Of a stretch of DNA of 64,000 bases, positions 34,918 through 44,866 are shown piece by piece. This DNA is from Candidatus Binatia bacterium. GTDB taxonomy: Bacteria > Desulfobacterota > Binatia > UBA1149 > CAITLU01. Under the pieces are notes generated by a model. That model ran no database searches. It had not been told where the DNA came from and saw only the letters and a list, made by a program, of their open reading frames with translations. The position numbers and the translations under genes were made by a program. The stretch spans positions 17,596 to 81,595 of the forward strand of contig DASPNH010000125.1 of NCBI GenBank assembly GCA_035626675.1, written 5' to 3'. Position 1 is the first letter of the stretch. The number at the start of each line of letters is the position of its first letter.

Positions 34918-36781
34918 ACTCGAACGTCGTCGCCGTCAGCTGGAAGGGGATCGTCAGATTCCCCGAGAAGCGGTCCACGAGCACGTGCCACGTGCCCGGC
35001 GCGGGATTGGTCACCTCGATTTCCTCGAACATGCCGCCGTTGAAGGACGCGGCGTCGAAGACGGCGGTGGTCGGCGGCGTTCCCTGCCTCGCGAAGATGT
35101 CCAGGTCGTTGCCGCTGGTCTGCCGTCCGTTGAGCGTGATGCGCAGCAGCGCCGTGCCGGACGCAACCTCCAAGCTCATCGTCGTCACCATCACCGGATC
35201 TTCGAGAAGGGCGATCAGCGACGCCACGATCGCTTCGTGCTCGTTGAGCTGGCAGGCGATCAGCGTTGTGGTGTCGGTGACGCCGGCGCAGGTACCGCCG
35301 AAGCCTCCCTGCAGATCGAGCTCGGCCACGAGCGCGTCGTCACAGGCTGCGCCGATGGCAGCGGCGACCTCGTCCTCGGCCGTGACCAGCAGCGCCAGCG
35401 CCCTGGCATCGGGACAGCTCGTGGTCTTTTGCTGACCGCGCTGGGCCTGACACTTGGTCAGCGCCTTGAGCGCGGTCTTGGTGTAGTCCGCCATCGCGGC
35501 GGCGATGCCCTCCTGGCACGCCTGCTGATCCAGATCGCCGACCGGGCCGCTGGGCTCGGAATCGGCGTACTCGACGTCGAGCATTTCGGCGACGGCCGCC
35601 TGGCCCGCCGACAGGATGCACGAGGCGACATCTGCCGCGTTGACAGCGCCCGCGCACGCTCCGTCCACGCCGATGTTGTGGATGACGTGCTCGGGGCAGC
35701 GCGTGGCGATCTTGTCGGCGTCGATCTTGGCTGCCAGCTGCGCGATGCGCGCTGCAGTGCCGGCGTCGGGGCAAGGTCCGGCCTGCTCGGCGGCACCCAC
35801 CGCGTCCAGGCACGCCTGCTCCAGGACCAGACGGCGCGAAACGTAGCGGCTGTAGTGCTTTGCGATCTCCTTTCGGCAGGCGACCTCGGAGCGGACGAAG
35901 AACGCGAAGTCGATGGACGTCTCGACCGTTGCCGGCTCGCCCACCTGCGAGATGGTTCCGCAGCTCGTGGTGCCCAGGTCGGAGCCGCCGACGCCCTGGA
36001 TGAAATCGCGATAGAAGAACACGTCGGTGTCGAACGAAAGATCGCTCGGCAGGCACGCGTCGGACAGGCCGCCCGAAGTGATGCCTGCGACGGTTTCGGT
36101 CCCGGAGACCTTAATGAAAAGCGGCCCGCCCGAATCGCCGCTGCAGGTGTTGGAGTCGACGCCCGGAAGATCCAGCGGCGACTCGAAGGCCCAGCACACG
36201 TGCGCGTCCTCGGGCACCTCGCCGGCGCAGCTCTGAATCTCGACGCTGCCCTGGCGCAGCATCCCGTTGTCGGCGGAGCCGCCGCTGGTGATTCCGAATC
36301 CGGCCACCTCTGCGCCGGTGCCGAAAGCGGGAGTGCCGGTCGTGTTGATCGGCGTGGGCGAAACGCCGGTGACCGGCGCGGACAGGCCGAGGACCGCGAC
36401 GTCGCCTGCGGTCGCGAACTCGTAATCGGGGTGGACGGTGATGGTCTGGATCCCGACGATGCCGACGTTCTGCAGATAGACGGCGCGTGTGGCGGTCGAA
36501 GGCGTGCCGCAGGTGGCGAAGGTGCTGCCGGTGCACACGCAATGCGCTGCCGTCAGGAAGGTCTGGCAGCCGATGAGCGTGCCGGTGCACACCTGCGCGA
36601 AGCTGGTCCCGCTGCGCGTCAGGAGGGCGCCGGTGGTGGGCCGGTCCAGGGTCGTCAGGCCGTTGGTGATGCGCGGCAGAGGCCGCGAAGGCGTCGCCTG
36701 CTCCGCGGGCGCGCCAGTCGCTGCCAGCAGCAGCGATGACAGCGCAATGGAGGCTCGGATCGAGGTGGCTGGCGACGACAT
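34916..36781 (-). CDS. Secreted trypsin-like (S1) serine protease with a Cys-rich middle region and a C-terminal PPC (pre-peptidase C-terminal) domain
   Basis: Signal peptide. ITNG...TAAHC His region. GDSGGPLF Ser region. 621 aa. Confidence 0.85.
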   Translation of the reverse strand: MSSPATSIRASIALSSLLLAATGAPAEQATPSRPLPRITNGLTTLDRPTTGALLTRSGTSFAQVCTGTLIGCQTFLTAAHCVCTGSTFATCGTPSTATRAVYLQNVGIVGIQTITVHPDYEFATAGDVAVLGLSAPVTGVSPTPINTTGTPAFGTGAEVAGFGITSGGSADNGMLRQGSVEIQSCAGEVPEDAHVCWAFESPLDLPGVDSNTCSGDSGGPLFIKVSGTETVAGITSGGLSDACLPSDLSFDTDVFFYRDFIQGVGGSDLGTTSCGTISQVGEPATVETSIDFAFFVRSEVACRKEIAKHYSRYVSRRLVLEQACLDAVGAAEQAGPCPDAGTAARIAQLAAKIDADKIATRCPEHVIHNIGVDGACAGAVNAADVASCILSAGQAAVAEMLDVEYADSEPSGPVGDLDQQACQEGIAAAMADYTKTALKALTKCQAQRGQQKTTSCPDARALALLVTAEDEVAAAIGAACDDALVAELDLQGGFGGTCAGVTDTTTLIACQLNEHEAIVASLIALLEDPVMVTTMSLEVASGTALLRITLNGRQTSGNDLDIFARQGTPPTTAVFDAASFNGGMFEEIEVTNPAPGTWHVLVDRFSGNLTIPFQLTATTFE

Positions 36782-36794
36782 GCCGCCGACCGGT

Positions 36795-37508
36795 TTACTC
36801 CAGCGGCGAGTCGCTTTCGATACCCAACGTCCGAACGGTCGCCGACAGGGGTACGGTGGTCGGATCGGGTGAAGTGCGCAGCAGCAGATCTCCGCCCGTC
36901 ATCGTCACGCCGAACCAGTAATGCTCGTTCTTGCAGTGATGCAGGCGATGGTTGCGCCACAGGCGCTTGAAGTACTCGGACTTGGGCCGGTAGCGAGTGT
37001 GCACGAGGAAATGCACCCACTCGTAGCGCAGCGACATCAGCATGTAGAAGGACAGGCCGGTCAGGGCCAGGCCGAGCGTCGGCATGAGACCGGCGAAGAT
37101 GAGCAGCAGCAGCGGCAGCGAGAGGAAGAAGCCCTGAACCGGAATGAACAGGATCTCCAGGTTCCAGGGATCGCGGTGATGGGCGCGGTGCTTGATCGGA
37201 ACCCGGAAGTCCAGCGTCCAGCGGCCGATGCGAACGGGCTCGTAGTGCAGGATGAAGACGTGGATGAGCCACTCCTGCACCGGCCACAGCGCGAAGATCG
37301 TCGCGCACAAGGCGAGATCCCATACCGAGAAGCCGCCGGCGACGGCGCGCGCCGTCAGCACGATGGCATTGGCGGTGAGCAGGAAACGGGGGCTGCCGTG
37401 TCGTACGAACACCCGCGCGGCTTCGGCCAGCGTGCGCGGACTCTCGGGCGCCGACAAGGCGGCGGCGTCGACGGAGAAGTCGGTATCGGCAGTTACGGCT
37501 CGGCTCAT
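36795..37508 (-). CDS. Fatty-acid hydroxylase superfamily membrane protein (sterol-desaturase / carotene-hydroxylase-like)
   Basis: Histidine boxes HVFILH, HRAHH and HRLHH in a hydrophobic context. Confidence 0.7.
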   Translation of the reverse strand: MSRAVTADTDFSVDAAALSAPESPRTLAEAARVFVRHGSPRFLLTANAIVLTARAVAGGFSVWDLALCATIFALWPVQEWLIHVFILHYEPVRIGRWTLDFRVPIKHRAHHRDPWNLEILFIPVQGFFLSLPLLLLIFAGLMPTLGLALTGLSFYMLMSLRYEWVHFLVHTRYRPKSEYFKRLWRNHRLHHCKNEHYWFGVTMTGGDLLLRTSPDPTTVPLSATVRTLGIESDSPLE

Positions 37509-37574
37509 TCGTGGTCCTCGGCGCTCGTGCGCGAGGCAGCTTGGCCTACGCGCCGGCCTTTGTCACGGCCCCAT

Positions 37575-38927
37575 CTACTCCGAAGCGGCGGCGTCGGCGG
37601 CGGGGGAGGGCGGCGGCGACTGCGCGGCTGCTTCGGCAGCGTTCCTCTCGGCTTCGGCCGCGGCAGCGGCGGCAGCGCCGCTGCGCATGGACTCGACGGC
37701 ATCACGCTGCGACTTGGCCTCGGCCGGGCGTCCGGCCTTCTCGAGTGCCCTTGCCAGCGCTTCGCGGTTCTCGGGCACGCTCGGCGCGAGCTCGACCGAC
37801 TTCGACAATGAGGTGACTGCGGCCGCTGCGTCGCCCTGATCGAGTTTGACCAGCCCGATGCTGTAGTAGGCCTGCGGCGCCAGCGAGGCATCGATCTCAT
37901 AGGCACGCGTGAAGGCCGGCAGCGCCAGCTCCGGGCGCGCCAGATCGCGATAGAGCGAGCCGCGGTTGTAGTAAAGGCCGGCCGCCAGGCGCCGCGTCTC
38001 GGCCGGCTTGTCGGCCAGCGGCTCGGGGATCTTGGCGAGCGCGGCATCGTAGGCAGCCAGGGCGCGCTCGAGCAGTCCGTACCGCTGATAGATGGAGCCG
38101 AGGCGCGCATGGCTCTCGGCCTTGTCCGGTTTCTCGGCAACGGCCTTCTCGTAGGGCCTGACCTTGTCGGCGAGCATCGCACGCGCAGAGTCGGCCTGAC
38201 GCCGGGCCTTGGGATCGGCGGGATTCATCTGCGCGGCCTGTTCCAGCCGCGCGATGCCGCGTCCGAAATCGTCGGCGGCGCAGTAGGTGATGCCGAGCGC
38301 CTGCACGAACTCATGGCGCGTGGGCGCCAGCGCCACCGCCTTCTCGAGGGCCTTGACGGCTGCCGCATGATCCTCGCGGCCTCGATGCGCCCAGCCCAGG
38401 TAGTACCAGGCCACTGCGTTGTCGGGCTGCATCTCGAGCACACGCTCGGCAGAGGCGGCCGCGTCGCGGAAAGACTGGATCGTGACGTAGATGCGCATCA
38501 GCTCGGCGTGTGGCTCGGGCGAGGCCGGCGCCAGCTCGGAGGCGCGCTTGCAGTCGCCGGCCGCGTCGAACCACTCGCCGCGTGCGACGTGCTCGCGGCA
38601 GCGGGCAAGGTGGTGGGCAGGATCGTTCTGGTCGAAGGCTGCGCCGACAGGAGCCGCAACGGCCGGAATGCTGACGCCGCCCACGCCCGTGTACTGGCCG
38701 GGAGTCGCCGTCGCCGCAGCGCCCGCGCTCTGCAGCTGCTCGGCCGACACACCCTCGATGCCTTTTGCCGGCACGCCCTGCAGCGTGGCAGCAGGCGCCT
38801 GATCCTTCTTCTTGTCGTCGCCGCCCGTCATCGAGCACGCAGCGACAGTGAGCGCCAGCACTGCGGCGACGCTGTGGGAGGCGAAAACGCAAAGTTGGCG
38901 AGCGTAGGAGACTTGGCCAGAAGTCAT
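37575..38927 (-). CDS. Tetratricopeptide-repeat lipoprotein with an Ala-rich C-terminal tail
   Basis: Lipobox LTVAAC after MTSGQVSYARQLCVFASHSVAAVLA. Multiple TPR units (e.g. AWYYLGWAHRGREDHAAAVKALEKAV). ATG 38927 has a GGGAGAAAG RBS. The N-terminal track extension was rejected. Confidence 0.75.
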   Translation of the reverse strand: MTSGQVSYARQLCVFASHSVAAVLALTVAACSMTGGDDKKKDQAPAATLQGVPAKGIEGVSAEQLQSAGAAATATPGQYTGVGGVSIPAVAAPVGAAFDQNDPAHHLARCREHVARGEWFDAAGDCKRASELAPASPEPHAELMRIYVTIQSFRDAAASAERVLEMQPDNAVAWYYLGWAHRGREDHAAAVKALEKAVALAPTRHEFVQALGITYCAADDFGRGIARLEQAAQMNPADPKARRQADSARAMLADKVRPYEKAVAEKPDKAESHARLGSIYQRYGLLERALAAYDAALAKIPEPLADKPAETRRLAAGLYYNRGSLYRDLARPELALPAFTRAYEIDASLAPQAYYSIGLVKLDQGDAAAAVTSLSKSVELAPSVPENREALARALEKAGRPAEAKSQRDAVESMRSGAAAAAAAEAERNAAEAAAQSPPPSPAADAAASE

Positions 38928-38952
38928 GAGCTTTCTCCCGTTGTCTTTCTGC

Positions 38953-40224
38953 TCAGCGCCGATCCGCGCAGCGCGCGGCAGCGGTGCTGATGCGGACGAT
39001 TCGCAGATCGCCGAAGGGAGTTCCCACTCCGCTGTTGAGCACGAGTGCGACCGACAGGTTGCGATCGAGATCGGCCCAGGCGCCCGAGCCGCCAAAGCCG
39101 AAATGCCCGATGCCGTGCCGCACCGGCACGCCGAGCGTGAAGGGCCTGTGATAGCCGAGACGCCAGTGCATGGGGAACGGCACCACGCGATCGACGGTCG
39201 TGTTCTGCACCGTCGAGGCCTTGTGCACGGTCTTCTCGGAGCAGATCCGCACGCCGTCGAGCTCGCCGCCCGAGGCCAGTGCCGCATAGACACGCGCCAG
39301 AGAACGCGCCGTGAAGATGCCGCTGGCCGAAGGATTGGGCGCAGCCGCGAATTCGATCGAATTGAAGTCGAGCTCGTCGATGCCGTTCGGGATCAGCGCG
39401 CGCTCGGCCTCGCGCAGATCGACGGGAACGCCGAACATGCGCAGCCAGCGGTTGATGGCGCCGAGATAGCGGCGCGCACGCTCGGTGCCGCCGTTGCCGG
39501 AGTTCATGCCCATCGCCACCAGCGTCGCCTTGCGGTGCGCGAGCGCTTCGGGAAGGCCGACGTAGCACCCGTCGAGGTCCAGGGGCTTGGCCAGTTCCTC
39601 TTCGAGCACTTGGGCGAAGCTCTTGCCGGAAACGCGCTGGATGATCTCGCCCACGAGGTAGCCGTAGGTCAGGCCGTGGTATCCGTGCGCGGCGCCTGGC
39701 CGATGGATCGGCGTTGCCGCCTCCAGCGCATGGATCATGTAGTCCCAGTCGAGCATGCGACGCGCGTGATCAATCATGCTGCGGATGTCGTAGAGGCCGG
39801 CTTCGTGACACATCACCTGCCGGATGGTGATGTTCTCCTTTCCCGCCTGCGCGAACTCGGGCCAGTGCGTGGCAACCGGCTCGTCGTAGTCGACCAGGCC
39901 GCGGTCGGCCAGGATGTGCAGCAGAGTCGAAGCGATGCCCTTGGTGGTCGAGTAGGAGACCGAGGCCGTATCGGACAGCCAGGGCGAGCCGTTCGAGTCG
40001 AGGCTGCCGCCCCACAAATCCACCACCTTGGCGCCGCGATGGTAGATGCAGAGCGCCGCGCCGCCGGGGCCGCCGGCAGGGACCATCGTCTTGAACAGCC
40101 GAGCGACCGACCAGAAATCGGGATGGATGTATCCTTCGACCTGCGCCGTCTTCATTCCACGCTGGAAGCTAAGCACGGCACTGGGGCCGGTCAGGCCCAA
40201 GGAGGAGAAACTCACGCGTGACAT
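38953..40224 (-). CDS. Serine hydrolase of the beta-lactamase / class-C esterase family
   Basis: S-x-x-K motif SYSTTK. YHGL. Roughly 420 aa, typical of PBP4*/EstB-like enzymes. Confidence 0.8.
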   Translation of the reverse strand: MSRVSFSSLGLTGPSAVLSFQRGMKTAQVEGYIHPDFWSVARLFKTMVPAGGPGGAALCIYHRGAKVVDLWGGSLDSNGSPWLSDTASVSYSTTKGIASTLLHILADRGLVDYDEPVATHWPEFAQAGKENITIRQVMCHEAGLYDIRSMIDHARRMLDWDYMIHALEAATPIHRPGAAHGYHGLTYGYLVGEIIQRVSGKSFAQVLEEELAKPLDLDGCYVGLPEALAHRKATLVAMGMNSGNGGTERARRYLGAINRWLRMFGVPVDLREAERALIPNGIDELDFNSIEFAAAPNPSASGIFTARSLARVYAALASGGELDGVRICSEKTVHKASTVQNTTVDRVVPFPMHWRLGYHRPFTLGVPVRHGIGHFGFGGSGAWADLDRNLSVALVLNSGVGTPFGDLRIVRISTAAARCADRR

Positions 40225-40413
40225 AGGGTGCCTAGGTTAGCCGACGATGTCGGGCTGTGCAGTCCTTCCCTAGGGGAAACATCGGCCCTCTGCACGCGCG
40301 ATGCCCGCCTGCTCCGACGTCGATGGGGCGTCACACGCATCAGGTGGCAGCACGCAAGCTTTCCCTCCGCACGCGTTCGGCCTAGGGGGAGGGCCAGCCC
40401 GAAAGGAGCCGCC

Positions 40414-40788
40414 ATGGATCTGCCCGTCAGCGTCAACACCCTGGGAGCCATCATCACCGCCTGCCTGGGAATCCTCGGGCTGTTCTTCCCGCTGACGGCG
40501 GCACGGCTGGTACGGCTGGAGCCGCAGGGTGAGCAGGGCATCTCGGAGCTGCGCGCCACCTACGGCGGCATCTTCCTGTCGATCGGCCTGTTCGCCGCCA
40601 TTGCCCAGGAGCGCAACGTCTTTCGCGTCCTCGGCATCGGCTATCTCGGCGCGGCCGGTGCGCGTGCGTTCTCGATCTGGCACGACCAGAGCTATTCGGG
40701 CGCCAACATCGGAGCGCTGGTCTTCGAGGTGGTGGTGGGACTGATCCTGCTCATCCCGTGGGAAAGTTTCATCGGCAACAGGCCCTGA
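40414..40788 (+). CDS. Small integral membrane protein (hypothetical)
   Basis: MDLPVSVNTLGAIITACLGILGLFF, four hydrophobic segments. GGAG RBS before ATG 40414. Confidence 0.55.
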   Translation: MDLPVSVNTLGAIITACLGILGLFFPLTAARLVRLEPQGEQGISELRATYGGIFLSIGLFAAIAQERNVFRVLGIGYLGAAGARAFSIWHDQSYSGANIGALVFEVVVGLILLIPWESFIGNRP

Positions 40789-40805
40789 AGCGGGAGCCAC
40801 CGGCG

Positions 40806-41588
40806 CGCATGGCTGGCGCGCGCGGCATGCTCGACAGTGTGCTGGCGGCGGGGCGATGCGGCGCAAACACCTTGCTCGACTTCACCTCCATCGCCGCGTT
40901 CCTCATCATCGCGGCCTCCAGCTACCTGCAAGGCGCGGTCGGCTTCGGCCATGCGCTGATCGCCGCTCCGTTGCTGACGCTGCTCGATCCGAGTCTGGTG
41001 CCGGGGCCGGTGACCGCCTCCAGCATCGTGCTGAGCATGCTGGTGATGTGGCGCGAGCGCGGCGCCGACATCACCCCTGCGCACATCGAGTGGACCCTGG
41101 CCGGCCGCCTGCCGGGAAGCGCGCTGGGTGCCGTGGCCGTGGCGCTGATTCCCGAGACGAGCCTGGCGATCTTCGTGGCGGTGCTGGTGCTGGTGGCCGT
41201 GGCCATCAGCATGTCGGGCCTGCATCCGGTGATCCAGCGGCGAAGCCTGCTGATTGCGGGCGTGCTGTCGGGGTTCATGGGAACGTCCGCATCCACCGGC
41301 GGGCCGCCGCTGGCGCTGCTCTATCAGCACTTTCCCGGACCCACGCTGCGCGCGGCGCTGGCCGCCAACTTCGCGCTCGGCGGCGTGATCTCGCTGGTCG
41401 CGCTGTGGATCGCGGGCAAGTACGGCAGCGAGCAGACCGGGTCGTCGGTGCTGCTGAGCGCGGCGGCGGTGGCAGGCTTTGCGTTCTCGGGCAGGGCCGC
41501 GCGCTTCTTCGATGCGGGCAGGACGCGCGTGGCCGTCCTGGCGATCTCGGCGGTGTCGGCGCTGCTGGTGCTGGTGCGGGAACTGTAG
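40806..41588 (+). CDS. TauE/SafE-family (sulfite exporter-like) membrane protein
   Basis: Eight hydrophobic segments. GAVGFGHALIAAPLL and GGPPLALLYQ motifs characteristic of TauE/SafE. Confidence 0.7.
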   Translation, partial: RMAGARGMLDSVLAAGRCGANTLLDFTSIAAFLIIAASSYLQGAVGFGHALIAAPLLTLLDPSLVPGPVTASSIVLSMLVMWRERGADITPAHIEWTLAGRLPGSALGAVAVALIPETSLAIFVAVLVLVAVAISMSGLHPVIQRRSLLIAGVLSGFMGTSASTGGPPLALLYQHFPGPTLRAALAANFALGGVISLVALWIAGKYGSEQTGSSVLLSAAAVAGFAFSGRAARFFDAGRTRVAVLAISAVSALLVLVREL

Positions 41589-41754
41589 CGTCGCGGTCCG
41601 GCGTTGCGGCCGAGTGACGTCGGTCGGATGCGTCGCTCGTGACGGCGAGCCCCTGAACCGGTCCCGTCAAACAGGAAGCTTCTCGGTGATCGCCTGGCCT
41701 CCGCATGCGCGGCCGTGTTGCAGCAACCGCGAAACCTTTCACCATGGCGGCATC

Positions 41755-42621
41755 ATGAGCTCACCTTCCCTTTTCCTCGTCGACGTGTTCGCGGAGCGGC
41801 CCTACGCGGGCAACCAGCTTGCCGTCGTCATCGGCGCCGATGGTTGGGCCACCGAGCGCATGCAGGCGTTCGCGCAGGAGATGAACTTCTCGGAGACGAC
41901 CTTCGTCGCCTCCACCACGCCGCGAGATGGCGGCTACGACGTGCGCATCTTCACGCCCGCCGAAGAGCTGCCCTTTGCCGGCCATCCCACGCTCGGAACG
42001 GCGTGGGTGCTGCGCAACTTCGTCATCGGCAGCGCGGCGGGCAGCGTCACGCTGAACCTTCGCGTCGGCGCCATCGCGGTTTCGTTCGAGGGCGACGATG
42101 GCAGCGGGCGCTGCTGGCTGCGTCCGCGTCCGCCGGTTCTCGGACCGGTGCGCAACGTGCTCGAGATCGCGTCGGTTCTCGGGCTGCCGCTGCAGGCCAT
42201 CGACCAGCGTTTCGTGTGCCAGGACGTCGCGGTCGGAGTCGAGTTCGTGCTGGTTCCGCTGCGCTCGCTCGAGGCGCTGCGCAGTCTGCGACCGCCTTCC
42301 ATTCCCGCCACGCTTTCGGGCAAGGGCACCGGCGTGCTGGCATTCTGCGCCGGCGGCTACGACGAGGGCGGCGAGATCGCGGCGCGGATGTTCTTCGACG
42401 CCCGCGGCATCCGCGAGGATCCGGCCACCGGCTCGGCCAACGCGTGCCTGGCCGCGTATGTTTCGGAGCACCGCTTCCTCGGAGGCGACGTGGTCGAGGC
42501 ACGGGTCCAGCAGGGATACGAGATCGATCGGCCCTCCACGCTCTATCTTCGCGCGGCATCGCCGCAGGAGGTGCAGGTCGGCGGCAAGGTCGTCCTGGTC
42601 GCGCGCGGCGAGGTCGCGTGA
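41755..42621 (+). CDS. PhzF-family (phenazine-biosynthesis-like) isomerase
   Basis: FLVDVFAERPYAGNQLAVV...ELPFAGHPTLGTAWVL...DPATGSANACLAAY are hallmark PhzF/DAP-epimerase-fold motifs. Confidence 0.85.
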   Translation: MSSPSLFLVDVFAERPYAGNQLAVVIGADGWATERMQAFAQEMNFSETTFVASTTPRDGGYDVRIFTPAEELPFAGHPTLGTAWVLRNFVIGSAAGSVTLNLRVGAIAVSFEGDDGSGRCWLRPRPPVLGPVRNVLEIASVLGLPLQAIDQRFVCQDVAVGVEFVLVPLRSLEALRSLRPPSIPATLSGKGTGVLAFCAGGYDEGGEIAARMFFDARGIREDPATGSANACLAAYVSEHRFLGGDVVEARVQQGYEIDRPSTLYLRAASPQEVQVGGKVVLVARGEVA

Positions 42622-42624
42622 GCG

Positions 42625-42834
42625 ATGGGCGGCGTTTCGCGCATCCTGATCATCGCCGGAATCGTGCTCGTCGTGGCAGGCCTGGCGTGGCCTCTGATGG
42701 CCAAGCTCGGCCTGGGCCGTCTGCCCGGCGACATTGCCGTCGAGCGCGAGAGCTTCCGCTTCTATTTTCCGATCACGACGATGATCGTCATCAACGTCGT
42801 GCTGTGGCTGCTGTTTCGCCTGTTCGGCCGCTAG
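42625..42834 (+). CDS. DUF2905-like small membrane protein
   Basis: 69 aa with two TM segments. RILIIAGIVLVVAGLAWPLMAKLGLGRLPGDI. It starts 4 bp after the PhzF stop. Confidence 0.55.
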   Translation: MGGVSRILIIAGIVLVVAGLAWPLMAKLGLGRLPGDIAVERESFRFYFPITTMIVINVVLWLLFRLFGR

Positions 42835-42885
42835 GCGTCTGGTTGCGTCGATGAGCCGCGGCCTGGCCTTCCCGGTGTCGGTTCG

Positions 42886-43839
42886 TTGCTGAGCCACGGC
42901 GCGCTGCTGATCATCGGAGCTGCGCTGGCCTTCAGCCTGATGACCGTGTTCGTCAAGGCGGCCGGGCAGCGCCTGCCCAGTCAGGAAGTGGTGCTGGCGC
43001 GTGCGCTGGTCAGCCTGGTGCTGACCTGGATGCTGCTGCGAGCGCGCCGAATGTCGCCGTGGGGGACGCATCGCTTCCTGCTCTTCCTGCGCGGCCTGCT
43101 CGGAGGGCTGGCGCTGGCATGCGTGTTCTACTCGGTCACCGTCCTGCCGCTCGCCGACGCCACGGTGCTCCAGTACCTGTACCCGACGTTCACGGCATTA
43201 CTGGCCGCAGTCGTTCTCGGTGAGCGCGCAGGGCGCGGTGCTCTGCTTGCCAGCGTCGTGAGCCTGGCCGGCGTGCTGCTGGTGGCCAAGCCCAGCATCA
43301 TCTTCGGCTCGGCCTCGGCGCCGCTGGAGCCGCTGCACGTGGCCATCGCCGTCTGCGGCGCGGTGCTGACCGCGCTGGCCTACATCGACGTCAAGCGTCT
43401 GGCAGCGCTCGAAGATCCGCTGGTGATCGTGTTCTGGTTTCCGCTCATCACGGTGCCGCTGACGATCCCGACGCTCCTCGACACGTTCGTGTGGCCGCAG
43501 GGGATGGAGTGGGTGTGGCTGCTCGGCGTCGGAGTGTGCACGCAGGCCGGTCAGGTGCTGTTCACTCGCGGCCTGCTCTACGAGAGTGCCACGCGTGCGA
43601 CCGCGCTGACCTATCTTCAGGTGGTCTTCGCCGCGCTCTGGGGAGCGCTTTTCTTCGGCGAGGTGCCCGACGTGCTCACCGGCGTCGGCGCCATGCTGGT
43701 GGTCAGCGGCGCGGTCTGGCTTGCCTGGCAGGGACGCAGCGCATCGGCTCCGCCCTCGCCCGACGCCGAAGCGCTTCCGATCGAGGTGATCGAGGAGGCG
43801 GAAGACCTCGTTACGGGCTCGGCCGCATCCGATGGGTGA
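42886..43839 (+). CDS. DMT-superfamily (EamA-like) transporter
   Basis: Ten hydrophobic segments in two EamA halves. TTG start per the track, and the downstream ATG is an alternative. Confidence 0.7.
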   Translation: MLSHGALLIIGAALAFSLMTVFVKAAGQRLPSQEVVLARALVSLVLTWMLLRARRMSPWGTHRFLLFLRGLLGGLALACVFYSVTVLPLADATVLQYLYPTFTALLAAVVLGERAGRGALLASVVSLAGVLLVAKPSIIFGSASAPLEPLHVAIAVCGAVLTALAYIDVKRLAALEDPLVIVFWFPLITVPLTIPTLLDTFVWPQGMEWVWLLGVGVCTQAGQVLFTRGLLYESATRATALTYLQVVFAALWGALFFGEVPDVLTGVGAMLVVSGAVWLAWQGRSASAPPSPDAEALPIEVIEEAEDLVTGSAASDG

Positions 43840-43988
43840 GCAGGCCCCACTGGCGAGGGCAAAGCAGCGCCGCAAGCTGGCCGCGAACATTGAAGACGGC
43901 TGCGGCAGGGACGGTCTAGACTTCGTGGAGATGCCGCACTTGGCGGCGCATCGATGGTGCGAGAGACCACCCGATCTGGAGGTATCCC

Positions 43989-44414
43989 ATGACTCTGAGA
44001 CATCTGCTCGCCGTCTGCCTGGCAACAGCCCTGGTTGCGGGCGCAGCTCCGGCGTTCGCCAACGGTGACTATTACGAGCGCAGGACCGAGACGCGCTCGT
44101 ACGACTACGACGACGGCTACGACGACGATCGCTACGATCACGACGATCGCTACGACCGCTATGACGATGATGACGACTACGATCGACGCACCTACTACCG
44201 CCGCGAAGTGCGTCGCGTGGTGCCGCGCTACCACCGCACGATCGTAGAGCACCGGATCGCTCCGTACGTGCATCGCACGCACGTCTTCTACGACGGTCCG
44301 TGCCGCGTCGAGCGTGCCTACCTGAGCACCGGCGCCGTCGAGGAGACGCGCCGCTGCCCGGCGCCCTCGACAGTCGTCATCCAGCCGGCGCCGGTGGTCG
44401 AGTACAGGTACTGA
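43989..44414 (+). CDS. Small secreted protein with an extremely Asp/Tyr/Arg-rich low-complexity core
   Basis: Signal peptide MTLRHLLAVCLATALVAGAAPAFA. GGAGG RBS. DYDDGYDDDRYDHDDRYDRYDDDDDYDRR. Confidence 0.6.
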   Translation: MTLRHLLAVCLATALVAGAAPAFANGDYYERRTETRSYDYDDGYDDDRYDHDDRYDRYDDDDDYDRRTYYRREVRRVVPRYHRTIVEHRIAPYVHRTHVFYDGPCRVERAYLSTGAVEETRRCPAPSTVVIQPAPVVEYRY

Positions 44415-44464
44415 TCGGCACGGCCGCGCGCGGGCGCTCGTGCGCGGCCCTTACGCGTCGCGAA

Positions 44465-44500
44465 AGGAAAGGACGGCCATCGGGTCGTCCTTTCTTTTTG
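44465..44500 (+). terminator. Rho-independent terminator
   Basis: aaaggacg gccatcgggt cgtccttt ctttttg: an 8-bp stem, 10-nt loop, then a T-run. Confidence 0.7.
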
Positions 44501-44866
44501 GCCGAATCAGCGAGCTCATTCTGAGACACGCGGTGATCCTGGAATCGGCAATCCGCGGCGGTCTTCCGTGTGCCGTGACGCAGTGCGATGGAGGTCACGA
44601 GCGGAGTGCTCGGCGCGCGAAATGCGCCGTGTTCGGCCGGGGAATTCCGCTCAGGACCCGATGCTGGCAGGCCGTCGCGCATGTCTCCCCCCGAATGCCA
44701 TGGACGACACCCACCGCGTGCCGGCGCTTCCCGACTCGCTGCCGCGTCCCTGCCGCGGCCAGAATTGCGGATCGGCCGCAGCGTCGTCGTCGCTGATGCG
44801 GAGCTGAAGATTTCTTTGGCAAGAAGCCCTGGTGTTTGGTCGGGCACGACCGTACCGTCGCGCGGC

